From contig NC_042998.1 of the NCBI RefSeq assembly GCF_006345805.1, positions 4,340,001 through 4,404,000 on the forward strand: DNA of 64,000 nucleotides, in the 5' to 3' direction. Both the position numbers and the translations under genes were made by a program. Position 1 is the first letter of the stretch, and each line of letters opens with the position of its first letter. The notes beneath the pieces are model-generated. The model worked only from the letters and a program-made list of their open reading frames with translations. It ran no database searches and was not told where the DNA came from. Shown here piece after piece: positions 24,926 to 37,113 of this stretch. The stretch is from Octopus sinensis (Eukaryota).

Positions 24926-25908
24926 GTGGTGGTGGTGGTGGTGAATTTTATTTTGAGAAGTTTTCAATTAATTCATGTCATGACCGCTTCGAAGGTGTCA
25001 AATGGCAGACCGACAGAATTCCCGTAGCATCGTAGAAAGAGGCAGATATTGAATTGACAGTCAGAGAGAGACAGAGACAGGGAGACAAAACACGGAACCA
25101 CCGTGCTGTCTCCAAGCTATTTCTAGTAGGATGGTGATGGTGATGGCGACGGTGGTGACAGAAATGGTAATGTGATTCTATATGTTCTGTCAGCAGAATG
25201 TAAACACTGTCGCATGTGTGTTTGTCTTCAGGCAAATCACTATTATCATTATTATTAGTAGCTGTGGTAATAGTAGTAGTAGTAGTAGTAGTAGTAGTTG
25301 TTGTTGTTGTTGTTGTAGCAGCAACAGTATCAGCAGTAGTAGTGCAATCAGGAAGCAAGTGAAACGTCACACCCTTCCGGTCAGCAGAGGTCGAATGCGT
25401 TTCCTACTAAAAGCCACCATTAAAAGGGGGGGGACCTTGGCCTTGGACAGGGCCACCCACCCGGTTCTGTTTTAATTAAGAGTAGAAAATAAAATTATAT
25501 ATAAACACACACACACACACGTATATAAATATTGTTAAATGCGTATACTAATATATATGCACAGAAAATTGTAGTTATTGAATATTTAAAAAAAAATTTC
25601 TAATAATGATCATTTGTGTTCTTGTACTAAACTATGGCGTTCTTGTACTAAAAGGATGTTTACATTTTCGAATACTCAGCAAAGGACTGGTCTTCAGCGA
25701 CAGTTGTAGGTATTAAAATTTGAAAGTTTTTGAACATGATCGTTTGTGTGTTCGATCATAGAAAATTGTGGATATGCAAGATTTTCAACTTGTTTCGAAG
25801 GAAATTTAAGACACTCATAAGAAATTGTAGATATCCAAGTTTTTTGAGAATTATTTTTTACTGGTTTTGCTGTTGACTGGGGAGGGCAGCGAAAAACACA
25901 TTCTTCTT

Positions 25909-25939
<31 letters not shown>

Positions 25940-25965
25940 TTATTATTATTATTATTATTATTATT

Positions 25966-26519
25966 GAGTGAGAGAGCAGTTCATGCCATCAAAGTGACAC
26001 TGGGGTAAAATATACGAAGCCCAATATACACATCATGACTACCCGTCTGATAAGGGCACACCAGGCACATGCATCACAACCATATGTGCGCGACATGGTG
26101 ATCTCATATCAAGATAAACAGCACATGACCTTGCAGGTGGGGCCCAGTTAGAATTTTCTTCAGGTTGAGTAGTCCATCCCGCTCAAACGGTCCCTGAATA
26201 AGGGTTGTTTAAGGATGTTGAAAGAACCACCCATGTTTCCAGAGGTGAATTATTCAAACCCCAAAGAATCCCTCTCAACACATGGCTATGATGCTCCCCC
26301 ACTACTTCTGCTCGTGATCAGAGATGCACATATCGTCAGCCACTAAGGGACATGCTCAACTGGTTAAGGTCAAACAACTGACAAGCAAATCTGTGGTATT
26401 GAGCAGAATATTTGCTGTAGCCCATCTTTTATACCAAGACAAAACAATGTACATGATAACACTTCCAATAAGTTAAGATCAGAAGCCATGAGAGCCACTG
26501 CCTGGTACTGCATCAGGGC

Positions 26520-26521
<2 letters not shown>
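25966..26521 (-). mobile_element. Apparently complete ~555-bp (TAA)-associated non-coding retroelement
   Basis: 5' GCCCTGATGCAGTACCAGG ... 3' CTGCTCTCTCACTC; (TAA)n abutting both ends. Confidence 0.88.
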
Positions 26522-26558
<37 letters not shown>

Positions 26559-27000
26559 CATCATCATCATCATCACCACTATTATTATTATTGTTATAAC
26601 GAGCAGCCGCCGCAGCAGCAGCAGTAGTAGTAGCAGTGGTAATAGTAGTAGTAGTAGTAGCAGTAGCAATGGTAATAGTAGTAGTAGTAATTGTAGTAGT
26701 AGTAGTAGTAGTATCAATGGTAATAGTAGTAGTAGTAGTAGTAGTAGTAATAGCTGAAGCATACAATAACAATACGAAGTCCAAGAAACAAACACAATGC
26801 CATCATAATAACCCATAATGTTCATCATCATCATCATCGCCATCACCATCGCCATTGCAAATGACATCATCATCCCCATCATTATCAGCGTCGTATTTCC
26901 CCTCATTATCTTCATCTTTGCCGTTGCCATGGCCGTCATCGTCATTGTCATTACTACTATCATCATCATCATTACCATCAGCATCATTTAGAAATAAAGA
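26522..27000. repeat. Compound/degenerate (TTA)(TCA)(GTA)(CAT) microsatellites
   Basis: Visible; explains poly-D/M/T/S ORFs. Confidence 0.9.
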
Positions 27001-27439
27001 CATCGTCGGCGGCATGATTCGGTGCGACTAACTGCTGCCGACTAGAATAACAACAACGTCAAAATCAACAACGAGAAGAGAAGGAGCCATAATGGTGACA
27101 GCAATAACAACGGAGAAGTGAATTTAAAATGAAAAAAAAACAAACAAAACAACAACAACAAAAGAGAAAAATTACGAACAATGTGAAAAGAATTTTGTCC
27201 ATACCTTGAATCGCACATTTAAGTTGATGGACAAAAGATATTCAAAAATTTTGTTAATGCATTTATTTTGCAAGCGGAACACCTGTCTGCTTTCAAAGTG
27301 TCGTATTCTTTGAAAACAAGTCTTTGATGGAGAGACATCTAAACAAATTGATAAGGGGACTAAGTAACAACATAGATAGATACATAGAAAGTATGAAATG
27401 TAATACAAACAGAAAATTTCATCAAAATGTAGCTGAACG

Positions 27440-27478
27440 CGATGTGTGTATTCGTGTACGTGTGAGTGTGTATATGTA

Positions 27479-27531
<53 letters not shown>

Positions 27532-27748
27532 ACATATACATATATATATGTATGTATATATATGTATATATATATGGGTGTGTATGTATATATATATATA
27601 TATGTAGATGCATGTATACATATATGAACATGTATGTGTATATATACCTGTATGATTTCACGTATTGTGTTCGGCACTATATGACTATGTATTAAATATA
27701 TATAAGTGTGAATGACTGTATGTATGCATGCATACATACATGCATATA

Positions 27749-27816
<68 letters not shown>

Positions 27817-27905
27817 TATATATATATGTACATAAACACAGAGGCATACTCAAACATACACAAGCACTCCCACACACATCTATCTATCCCTCTCTCTCTC
27901 TCTCA

Positions 27906-27942
<37 letters not shown>

Positions 27943-27975
27943 GATAGATAGATAGATAGATAGATATATAAGTAC
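27440..27975. repeat. (TA)/(TG)/(CT)/(GATA) microsatellite complex
   Basis: Visible. Confidence 0.95.
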
Positions 27976-28288
27976 GTAAACACACATATAGTTCTAATAA
28001 CATTAAGATTTTCGATTAAATAAACATCATGTGAGACGTGATTAAAAAAGGAAATGATGAAACGTTTCAATAGAACACCAAATGATGAATGTCACTTTAA
28101 TATTGCTATCCACTTACAATATTTAGTTTGCTGGTATACTTTGTAATGCATTATACTTTTGTCTACCTCAAAATATTGTTAGACTTTCGACATCGAGTTT
28201 TCTCTTGATATTCAGGATACATGCAAACTTCTAAAATGATTCATGCTTTCACACAAAATTATATATGCACACTTACTGAGACAAACAT

Positions 28289-28334
<46 letters not shown>

Positions 28335-28363
28335 TATATTATATTTATATGTATGTATGTAAG

Positions 28364-28394
<31 letters not shown>

Positions 28395-28631
28395 TGTGTG
28401 TGTGTGTAAATTGGTAACTTAACTGAAGAAAGAATGACGCGAATGACCCGTCCTTTTTTTTCCAGTCCTTCTAAGAGTTGTTTTTCCTGTCCGCCTTTGT
28501 ATCATCTGTTTGTCCCAAAGTTTTATTGTCCTCTATTGCGTTTTTGTTCCATTTATGTTAATATATACATAGAGCGGCGTATGTACATACTTGTGCTCAC
28601 CTTATAGAAAGTATATATATATATATATATA

Positions 28632-28865
28632 TATTTCTTTTCTACCCACATGGGCTAAACATAGAGGGGACAAACAAGGACAGACAAAGGGATTAAGTCG
28701 ATTACTTAGACCCCCCAGTGCGAAACTGGTACTTTATTTATCGACCCAGAAAGGATGAAAGGCAAAGTCGACCTCGGCGGAATTTGAACTCAGAACGTAA
28801 CGGCAGACGAAATACGGCTACGCATTTCGCCCGGTGTGCTAACGTTTCCGCCAGCTCGCCGCCTT
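28632..28865 (-). mobile_element. Full-length Nin/Deu-like SINE, tail-2 type
   Basis: Head AAGGCGGCGAGCTGGCGG, B-box GAGTTCAAATTCC, core GAGGTCGACTTTGCCTTTCATCC; ends in (TA)n. Confidence 0.92.
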
Positions 28866-28871
28866 AATGTG

Positions 28872-28908
<37 letters not shown>

Positions 28909-28939
28909 TGTGTGTGTGTGTGTGTTTGTGTGCGTGTAT

Positions 28940-29100
28940 AGGCGCAGGAGTGGCTGAGGTAAGTAGCTTGCCTACCAACCACATGGTTTCGGGATTGCTC
29001 ACACTGCTTGGCACCTTCGGCAAGCCTCGGGCCGACTAGTGCCTTGTGAGTGGATTTGGTAGATGGAAACTGAAAAAAGCCCAACGTATATATGTATGTG
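28940..29100 (+). mobile_element. CORE-like tRNA SINE, 5' half
   Basis: AGGCGCAGGAGTGGCTG..GCACCTTCGGCAAG..GGATTTGGTAGATGGAAACTGAAA. Confidence 0.85.
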
Positions 29101-29124
29101 TGTGTATGTGCTTATCTTTTATCC

Positions 29125-29340
29125 TCGACTTGTTTCAGTCATTTGACTGCGGCCATGCCGAGGCCTTGAATCGAGCTCAGGACTTTTTATTAAAGCGCTC
29201 TCTTTTCTCTCTTTCAGTTTCTGTCAACCCAATCCATTCAGAATGTTTTGGCCGGGCCCGAGGCTTTAGTTGAGTGAAACTGAACCCAGCATCATGTAAT
29301 TAGGAAGCAAGCTTCTCACCACACGGTCACGTCTACTCCC
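29125..29340 (-). mobile_element. Deleted/rearranged CORE-like SINE
   Basis: TTGTTTCAGTCATTTGACTGCGGCCATGC (3' part) and ACTGAACCCAG..GCAAGCTTCTCACCACAC (head). Confidence 0.6.
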
Positions 29341-29390
<50 letters not shown>

Positions 29391-30399
29391 TATATGTGTG
29401 TGTGTGGTGTGTGTGTTGTGTGTGTGTGTGGTATGTCATGAGAATTTATGGAAAAGTATCCCATAGAAACTCAACAACTTGTTAAAAGATGGAGAAGAGA
29501 AGATGGTTAAATTTGAAAAGAATTTTATACATTCATTCGATCGTTTCGAACAGCGATATTAAGCATGTAAATAACATGGTAGAATAAAATTATTTACAAG
29601 ACACTGTTTTCTTCAGTGCAAGACAAATATGTAAAAAATTATCATAATTATTACAGAAGATTAGATAGAGGAAATAGCAAGTAACATATTCGGATATACA
29701 TATTTTATCCTTAAGAAGAATTAAGAGCAAACTAAAAGAATGTTGTTGGGTCTAGTTGTGTATAAACTAAAACTTTTGCCTTCAAAATATCTTCATCCAA
29801 TTTTGTTCTTCCACTAGGACTTACAGCTTTATCACTATATATACATACATACATACATACATACATACATACATACATACATACATACATACATACATAC
29901 ATACATACGCAAATAGAGAAACTCTGGAGGATTTTACAAATTTTTTTATATATATTTGTATGCATGTAAGTGTTCACGTTTATGTATACATGTGCGTATG
30001 TCTGTGTTCCGCTGTTATACCATTTGGCAAGTGTGAAGCATCATTTTGAGGGAAGATAATTATAAGAAATTAAAAGTTAATTTATATAGCATTTAACATA
30101 ATTATATTTGCTCATGTTCATATACATGCTGCTGTGGCGTCTATAATATTGCGCCCTAAACTATGGTATAGTAGATAGAACAATTATCAAAGAAATTCAT
30201 ATAATGGAGTCGGCTGAAGATACAAATAAAAAAGAAAGCTACAGCTATGTTAAGGGAATGCTGTTGGGATGTTCCTGTCAAGACTTCTACAAGAGTTGAG
30301 GAGCGCTTATCAGACATAATGATGGGGAACTAACAAAAGGAATTATGATCAGCAGTTTTAAATCAGTTGGTCATCAGATGTGGATATAATAACGAATTC

Positions 30400-30545
30400 A
30401 AATATTGGCACGTGGCCAGAAATTTCTGAGGAGAGGTTAAGTCGATTACATCGCCCCAGTGATCAATTGCTACATAGTACATCAACTTTGAAAAGACAAA
30501 AGGCAAAGTCGAACCCGGCGGCATTGGAATTCAGAACATGAAGTC
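30400..30545 (-). mobile_element. Degenerate Nin/Deu-like SINE
   Basis: GTCGATTACATCG..AAAGGCAAAGTCGAACCCGGCGG. Confidence 0.7.
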
Positions 30546-31937
30546 GGAAAAGATGAAAATATAATATCAAAGATTACAGAAAAAGAAAACAGCTGTCTTA
30601 AAATGATGATAATTCATAGTTACTCCACCCGGGCTTTGTACCTATTCTTTTTGGTACATTTGGAATGCCTTTTCCAATAACAGCATTAAGGAGCCGTGTT
30701 TTACATAGCCAGAAAGAACAGGGTTAATCAGGCTATTACAGCTACAAGACATCAAAGATATCGTCAAAATATGAAGGACATAGAAGAAGTTTAGCATGTA
30801 ATAAGTGCGTAAACACACAACCAGTTATTCTATGATATCTGTGCATCTATGCATAAACTCGTGAATGCGTGAGCACGTATGCATGTATACTATTCATAAT
30901 CGACTACATACACACGCGCAAACACGTACGCACGTGAGCGAGAGCACGCAGACACACATTTATTCAAAAATATATATGTGCATACACACGGGTACCTCAT
31001 TGTTGTTCAAGCTAGAAATCACGTTTTTCTACTAATGAGAAATTCAAAGTAATAAAACCAAGATATCATACATACATATAAATATTTGTAATATACTTTG
31101 CAAATTATTTTAAGAAAGAAAGCTGTAAAGGAAGAACACTGTTTACTTCAATACTATTTTATAATGAAATCTATACCCTGGCTATTTAATTGTGTAATAA
31201 TCGGGTTGTTCTAAATAAATAATTACTTTTCCATTGACCAAAATTAGATTGAACATTTTATCTCAGCTATTGAATCACTCTTTCAGCTCACTTCTGTATA
31301 CATAAATAGATGCTGAAATTAAGGCTTCCAGAACTCGTGTTAATGTGAGAGAAATTCTTTATATTTATCTTTTATATTTCTATGTTTTGTCCAAAATCTT
31401 TCTAAGGGTTGTTTACTTAACTGGAAGATGTTTTCAGCAAGATGTCTACCTGTTTTCTTATTTCCTGTCGTGTTTGGGAAACATCAGAAAGAATAATTGA
31501 TGAGAATGATGAAAGAACATCATGTTTCATTCAGAACTATCTTAGGGCCTGTTATTGATCTCTATTGTGTTTATGATGCAGCATTATTCTAACTTATAGC
31601 GGAACATCTGAGGATAACATCTGTCAACACTCTTTTATTAAGTCATGAAAATTCGGTAGTAACAATCTTTTTTTTTACATAGATGAATGGAACTGAGAAG
31701 CAAAGACTAGCCATAATAACATTAATAGCTAATCATTTTTAGGGGATTCTCTTTTGTTATTGTATATATGTGGGTATTTTTGGGAAATTTTAGTCTCCAT
31801 TGTTGAAATACAATAATTCTGTACTTGGGGGGGAAAAAAACGTTGTCTTCATCAAAACAGCACAGACTCTAACAGCTCCTCAACTGATATTGCAATAATA
31901 AAATGTGTTGTACCTTTTATTAGTACCAATAAAGTCA

Positions 31938-31973
<36 letters not shown>

Positions 31974-32727
31974 GCGTATATTCTATCTTCATGGCACTCA
32001 GCACTTTTCTAAAAGATACCAAAACGTGGTGTACGTTATAGTTTATTTCAAGATATCTACATTTAGCAGTATTCTACTTAATCGTATATTTTTCGCCACT
32101 TCTATTCTGCAACTTGAATGCAGAAAAATCCTAACCTTTGCCTAGATAGATGTAACAAACCTAAGATGCCTTAGATTTACTTGAAAACTGAGCAAGATAG
32201 ATATCATGGCCACGTACACTAAAAACATGGGTGTTTAAGCTAGAGGTTGAATTTTCATAGCGGTAATATGTTACATAATAGATGCATCCTTGTGTGAAGT
32301 TTTGGAAATGTAATAAGATGATCTCTTATAAAAGGAGTTAAAGTAAATATGACACAGCAAAGAAAAAACGAAGAAATCAGATAATCACATGTGTGATGGT
32401 GTATATAATGGTAAACAGAATATTGATAGTCACATGTAGACTATAAATGAGAGGCCCTTCTATATACGAATACACTAAATTCTTATATGCATTTAACCCC
32501 ACAAGTCGATTCAATACTGCTGCTGAGATTAGAATATGTTTGAAACACGATTGATTCCACGAAATATCGCAATGATATTCGAAACAAAAATATCAACAAT
32601 TTATACATGTTGTGAATCGCAGAATACACCAACTCTGATACAGGTAACGAAATGCTCCACTACAAGAGCATGGCAACCATATTTTCGGGATATGAAAAAG
32701 TAAACCTGGCATGTATATAGAATCTGG

Positions 32728-32762
<35 letters not shown>

Positions 32763-32788
32763 GTAGTAGTAGTAGTAGTAGTAGTAGT

Positions 32789-33045
32789 ATCCCTGGCTTA
32801 TCATTCATGCAGGAAGTGCAACAGATTGTCGTAACCGGTACGTCACATGTACTGAGAAGAGCTTTGTCGCTGTGAATTTTCTTTTTTCTCCTTTCCCCAC
32901 CTTTTTCTCTATCACATGACTTTATAAATGCACAATCTGGTGTGTTTATTTTAATGGCCTACCGATGTATACAGTGAGTTTCTTTGTCCTAGATGTCAGG
33001 AAGATACTCGACAAGAAATGGAAACAGAATTGAAAGAAGATGATA
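32789..33045 (+). mobile_element. R4/Dong family B 3' fragment
   Basis: IPGLSFMQEVQQIVVTGTSHVLRRALSL*; 3'UTR matches 3480-3600. Confidence 0.85.
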
Positions 33046-34124
33046 ATGATAACAATAATAAAATTTCAAGTACACAACTAACAATTTTAGAGGGGCGCGA
33101 TTGGGGCGAAGCCACGGTAATTGCTTGTTACTTTATGTTAGGGACAACAAACGGATGAACCAAAAATCTAACATCTACAGGACTTGAACTTAGACCCTAA
33201 AGAGCGGATACAATTACCACAAGGTTTGTACGAGGTTCTCAGTTTTTTACTCATAAATCGTGCTTCATTTTTGATAAAGACACAGCCATAAAGCTGAGGG
33301 AAATGGATTAATTGATTATATCATTCCCACTACTTAAGTAATTCATCATTTCATTGACCCGGAAAAGATGAATAACAAAATTAACCTCAAAAGGATTTGA
33401 ATATGAAGGATCGAAACAAGTAGCGGGAAACAATTTGTTTGATGCTCTAACTATTCTGATAGCTCCATGAAAGTTCATTGCCTTCCCCACGCGGCAGGAA
33501 GTGGACAAAGCATTTATGGCCATCCAACCAGTCAAGAGACAAATTGAGCTTTGATAATTAGAAATGATAACGCTAGTGGATCGAAGTAAATTATTATACC
33601 CAATCGGTCGTCAAACTTTTCAACAAAGTCTGCAATCCCTGGTGAAGTTAGCAAAAGTCTGCGATCAGAACAAATCTTCACTCACCAAATATAAGATTAA
33701 CCTCTGTTGTGGATATTCAGTGCAATACCCATACTAATCTTGTAGTTCGAAAACCAAGAAAAGGAGCAAGATGAGTAAGATGGTACTTGTATAAGGAAAA
33801 GTATATAGATTCCACGTAATCATTGCTTGACTGAAACCTACAGACATTAACATCAATATATATATATGTATGTATATAAGTGTCTATAGCAGCGAGTGGA
33901 AGGAAAATACTGGGCATTGACAGCAATAAGATTTTTAATATTCTCAGCAACCAAAGAAGCAAACAGAATTTTAATACCGAAAAACTGAATATGATTTCAA
34001 TAAAAGTATCGTAAAGCTAAATATCAATATATTTATGATACGATCTTCATGTAGATTCCAATTAGCTGTGAGTCACCTTTCCCCTTAATCTATTGTCGCC
34101 CCCACTCATCCCGAAAAGGGAAGG

Positions 34125-34390
34125 TTAATACTTGAATAACAAAAATAGTGATAATAAAGCAACTACAATAATAAAACAGCTAGACATAAGAACTGTTGTT
34201 CTCAAAGTACCAATGATCAAGGTTGCAGAAATACCGGAAGAGATAACCTCGTCCGCATTCCTTGTAGCAGTCGATCGTAAAGCCAATGACTCAGATGTCA
34301 AGCGCCCAATACTACCATGCCTCTGTTTTACAACGATAGGAATGCAATATGTGTTGGGCATGGTTGAAAAAGTATCGGATACTATGCAAA
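34125..34390 (-). CDS. Candidate terminal coding exon of a membrane-anchored (single-pass or GPI) extracellular protein
   Basis: Acceptor TTTGTTTCTATTTCTTTTTCCAG at 34391+; phase-1 start; 88 codons CIVSDTFSTMPNTYCIPIVV..LMSSCFIIVVALLSLFLLFKY*; non-repetitive; hydrophobic C-terminus. No homolog recognised. Confidence 0.5.
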
Positions 34391-34982
34391 CTGGAAAAAG
34401 AAATAGAAACAAACCAATGAGACTGCATAGAATGTAAGACATGAGATAAGCAGAGCCACCACACAGTCACTTTAGTTTACGGTGGCCAGTTAAAAGTGTT
34501 TGCCTGCTGAATATAATACTACATCAGGAACGAAACAAGACAGTGTTAATGTAGCCAATCTTGAAGTGAAATAATTTCGTTGAAGGTCAAAGTTTTCATG
34601 GATTTGCAGCCACAGCGGATATAGATATACATAGCTCGGTTGTCGCCACAAATTTTCCACGATACAGAAAGCTCATATTGTAGTTGTATGAGATGGTCGA
34701 AATTAGGAGCTGAGTTAATATAGCCGAAGTAGTGGCTTCTCATACGTGTGTTGTAAGTAGCCTTTATTCATTTATTTACATTTATATATATACGTATATC
34801 ATTAAATTGATATTGATATTACCGTCTTTAATGTTATACGGTATATTGTATAAAGATTTTGCCTGTCACTAGTTTTTATAGAAATAGGAATGCAAACCCT
34901 CACACATGTTTGTCACTTGTTGCATATATGAGAAGGCACATATGGAAAAACTGTCATTTTAAACAACCAACAGACAAAGTAT

Positions 34983-35235
34983 ATATTTTTTTAATATGCA
35001 TATATTTATTTATTGCCCACAGAGGGCTAAACATAGAAGGGACAAACAAGAACAGACAAAGGGATGAAGTAGATTACATCGACCCAGTGCGTAACTGGTA
35101 CTTATTTCATCAAGCCCCGAAAGGATGAGAGGCAAAGTCGACCTCGGCGAAATTTGAACTCAGAACGTAACGGCAGACGAAATATCGCTAAATATTTCGC
35201 CGGGCGTGCTAACGATTCTGCCAGCTCGCCGCCCT
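34983..35235 (-). mobile_element. Full-length Nin/Deu-like SINE (tail-2) with 15-bp TSD
   Basis: CAACAGACAAAGTAT at 34968-34982 and 35236-35250. Confidence 0.92.
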
Positions 35236-35329
35236 CAACAGACAAAGTATTATAAACATATTCGTTTTTCCGAATATATAGTTGAATAATTATAATCCAT
35301 AGATCTTCCTATAAATCAATAAAAGTCTG

Positions 35330-36430
35330 TGAAAAATAGCAAAAAAAGTTATTGTAATCGATGTAATTCTCATAAATGTAATAATATATGCTGCAGTAAG
35401 AGTCGACACAAGGTAAATGAGGACTTCCTTAAACTTTCTTCGATAGGAATATATAAACTTATTCAAACAACGTGGAAAACAATTATACCGAGAAATACAA
35501 GAAAATACGGAAAAATCTCTCTTAATCCGTTAGCAATTCAACAATGAAAATACAGAAATGGCATAAAATGAAACACAAGTAGCACATAAATGCAACATAA
35601 AAACGAAGTACCCGATATCAAAGAACTCCTTAAAGGGACATTCATTCCAGAATCTCAAGGAAAGTTTAGCAATAAACACCGTCAAACTCCAATGCAAAAC
35701 GATTTTACCAAAATCTACGTAAAAATCAAAATGAAACCAATACCCTAACAGCAACAATAAAAGTAAAAGAATTTTGGAGTATGTAAAGGAAACGGATTGC
35801 CACTGACGATAATATGATATTCAAAGCAAGCATCGCAACACTTGTAAATCGTTGGAGGCAATAACAGCAAAGCTATTTGCACTGAAATTTTACAGCTGAA
35901 AAATTGGAAGGGACAAAGAAATGATTTTTCCAAACGTCTTCTCTTGTGACCAAAATACTTAACTGCTTATGCAAAAATTATTTCCATATGAATTTATGGT
36001 CAACTGAAAAATTATAGTAGGAACATATATATATAGCCCATCGAAATGACAATCATGTTGATCCCTAATATTGACGGAACACTGAACTACCAAAACTACA
36101 GAACTGCAAACTTTATCTCACAGTATGCAGAGAATAAATGATTGGGACGCTTCACATCAGTTCAGGGTCAATGAAACAATTACAAGAAACTGAAATACTA
36201 TAATTTATTGGACACGAATATAAATATGCTGACAGCATGCGCAACAAATTTCTGCTGTGCGCCAGGATATAGCAGGAAAAGTGACACGAAATCCATGTAA
36301 AAATAAGCTAAAAGACAATCTGATTACGAAAAAGCTGACGGCAAAATAGATACAAGAACACCGATAAAAGAATTAATCAGTTGAACTACACAAAAAATAT
36401 ATTTACCACGAATACAAGCAGGTTGTATTC
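35330..36430 (+). mobile_element. Decayed RTE-like LINE (pre-RT/RT region)
   Basis: LIPNIDGTLNYQNYRTANFISQ resembles the IPKKG..NYR.ISL RT motif; many stops. Confidence 0.55.
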
Positions 36431-36744
36431 AGTACCTTGTATCTTCCCTGCGAAGGAAAATTTCAATAAATCTGATTCATAATATCCAACTGAATTTCAT
36501 TTCAACTACTTACGTTAAATGTGTACATAATTCTGTTTAATATATTTTATATACAAATAATCGATTGACTTTTCATTAAAGATTTCATGAGTGCACCATA
36601 GTTAAACGGTTTCAAAATAATGCGGCAAAACATGATAAAATACCTTTCTTTCTATTGTTTAACCTAAACTGTGTTATTTCCACACTACAATTGACGGGTT
36701 ATTTTAGCGAAAGTATCTGAAGATAGAAATACTTATTTAGATTA

Positions 36745-37113
36745 CTAGCTGACCCTGTGCCGTCAAAAATGACGGCTAATTGTAGTGATGCCTTCGGTCA
36801 TGACAGACCATGCACATAGACAGTTACCCTCCCAGACCAGCAGACGTCCATGCATACCGTCGTCCCCTCTCCACGTCCCAGTGTTATCCGAGGGAAAGGC
36901 AAAGGGGCCGATACATCTTGGCACCTGTGACGTCGCAATTCATTTCTACAGCTGAGTGAACTGGAGCAACGTGAAATAAAGTGTCTTGGTCAAGAACACA
37001 ACACACAGCCCGGTCCGTGATTCGAACTCACAACCCCACGATCGTAAGCTCGACCGTCTAACCACTGCGCCATGCGCCTTCACATCCTAATTGTAGTATT
37101 TTATATATAAATA
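36745..37113 (-). mobile_element. Miniature Helitron (~58 bp net) interrupted by a SINE
   Basis: 3' hairpin GCCGTCA-TTTT-TGACGGC 10 nt before CTAG|T; 5' TATTTATATATAAAA resembles TCTTTATATATAAAA at 61384. Confidence 0.6.
36787..37086 (-). mobile_element. tRNA-derived SINE (third family) with 11-bp TSD
   Basis: A box TGGCGCAGTGG, B box GTTCGAATC, TGTTCTTGACCAAGACACTT; TSD CTAATTGTAGT at 36776-36786 and 37087-37097. Confidence 0.92.

Noticed and set aside
26370-27015. Long ORFs with poly-M/L/I/D/T tracts
   Set aside because: Products of trinucleotide microsatellites plus the 555-bp repeat.
36645-36717. Good-looking acceptor/donor pair on the minus strand
   Set aside because: Stops in all three frames; no support as a coding exon.
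36990-37086. tRNA gene
   Set aside because: The A/B boxes belong to a SINE head continuing into a SINE body with TSDs; no acceptor stem.
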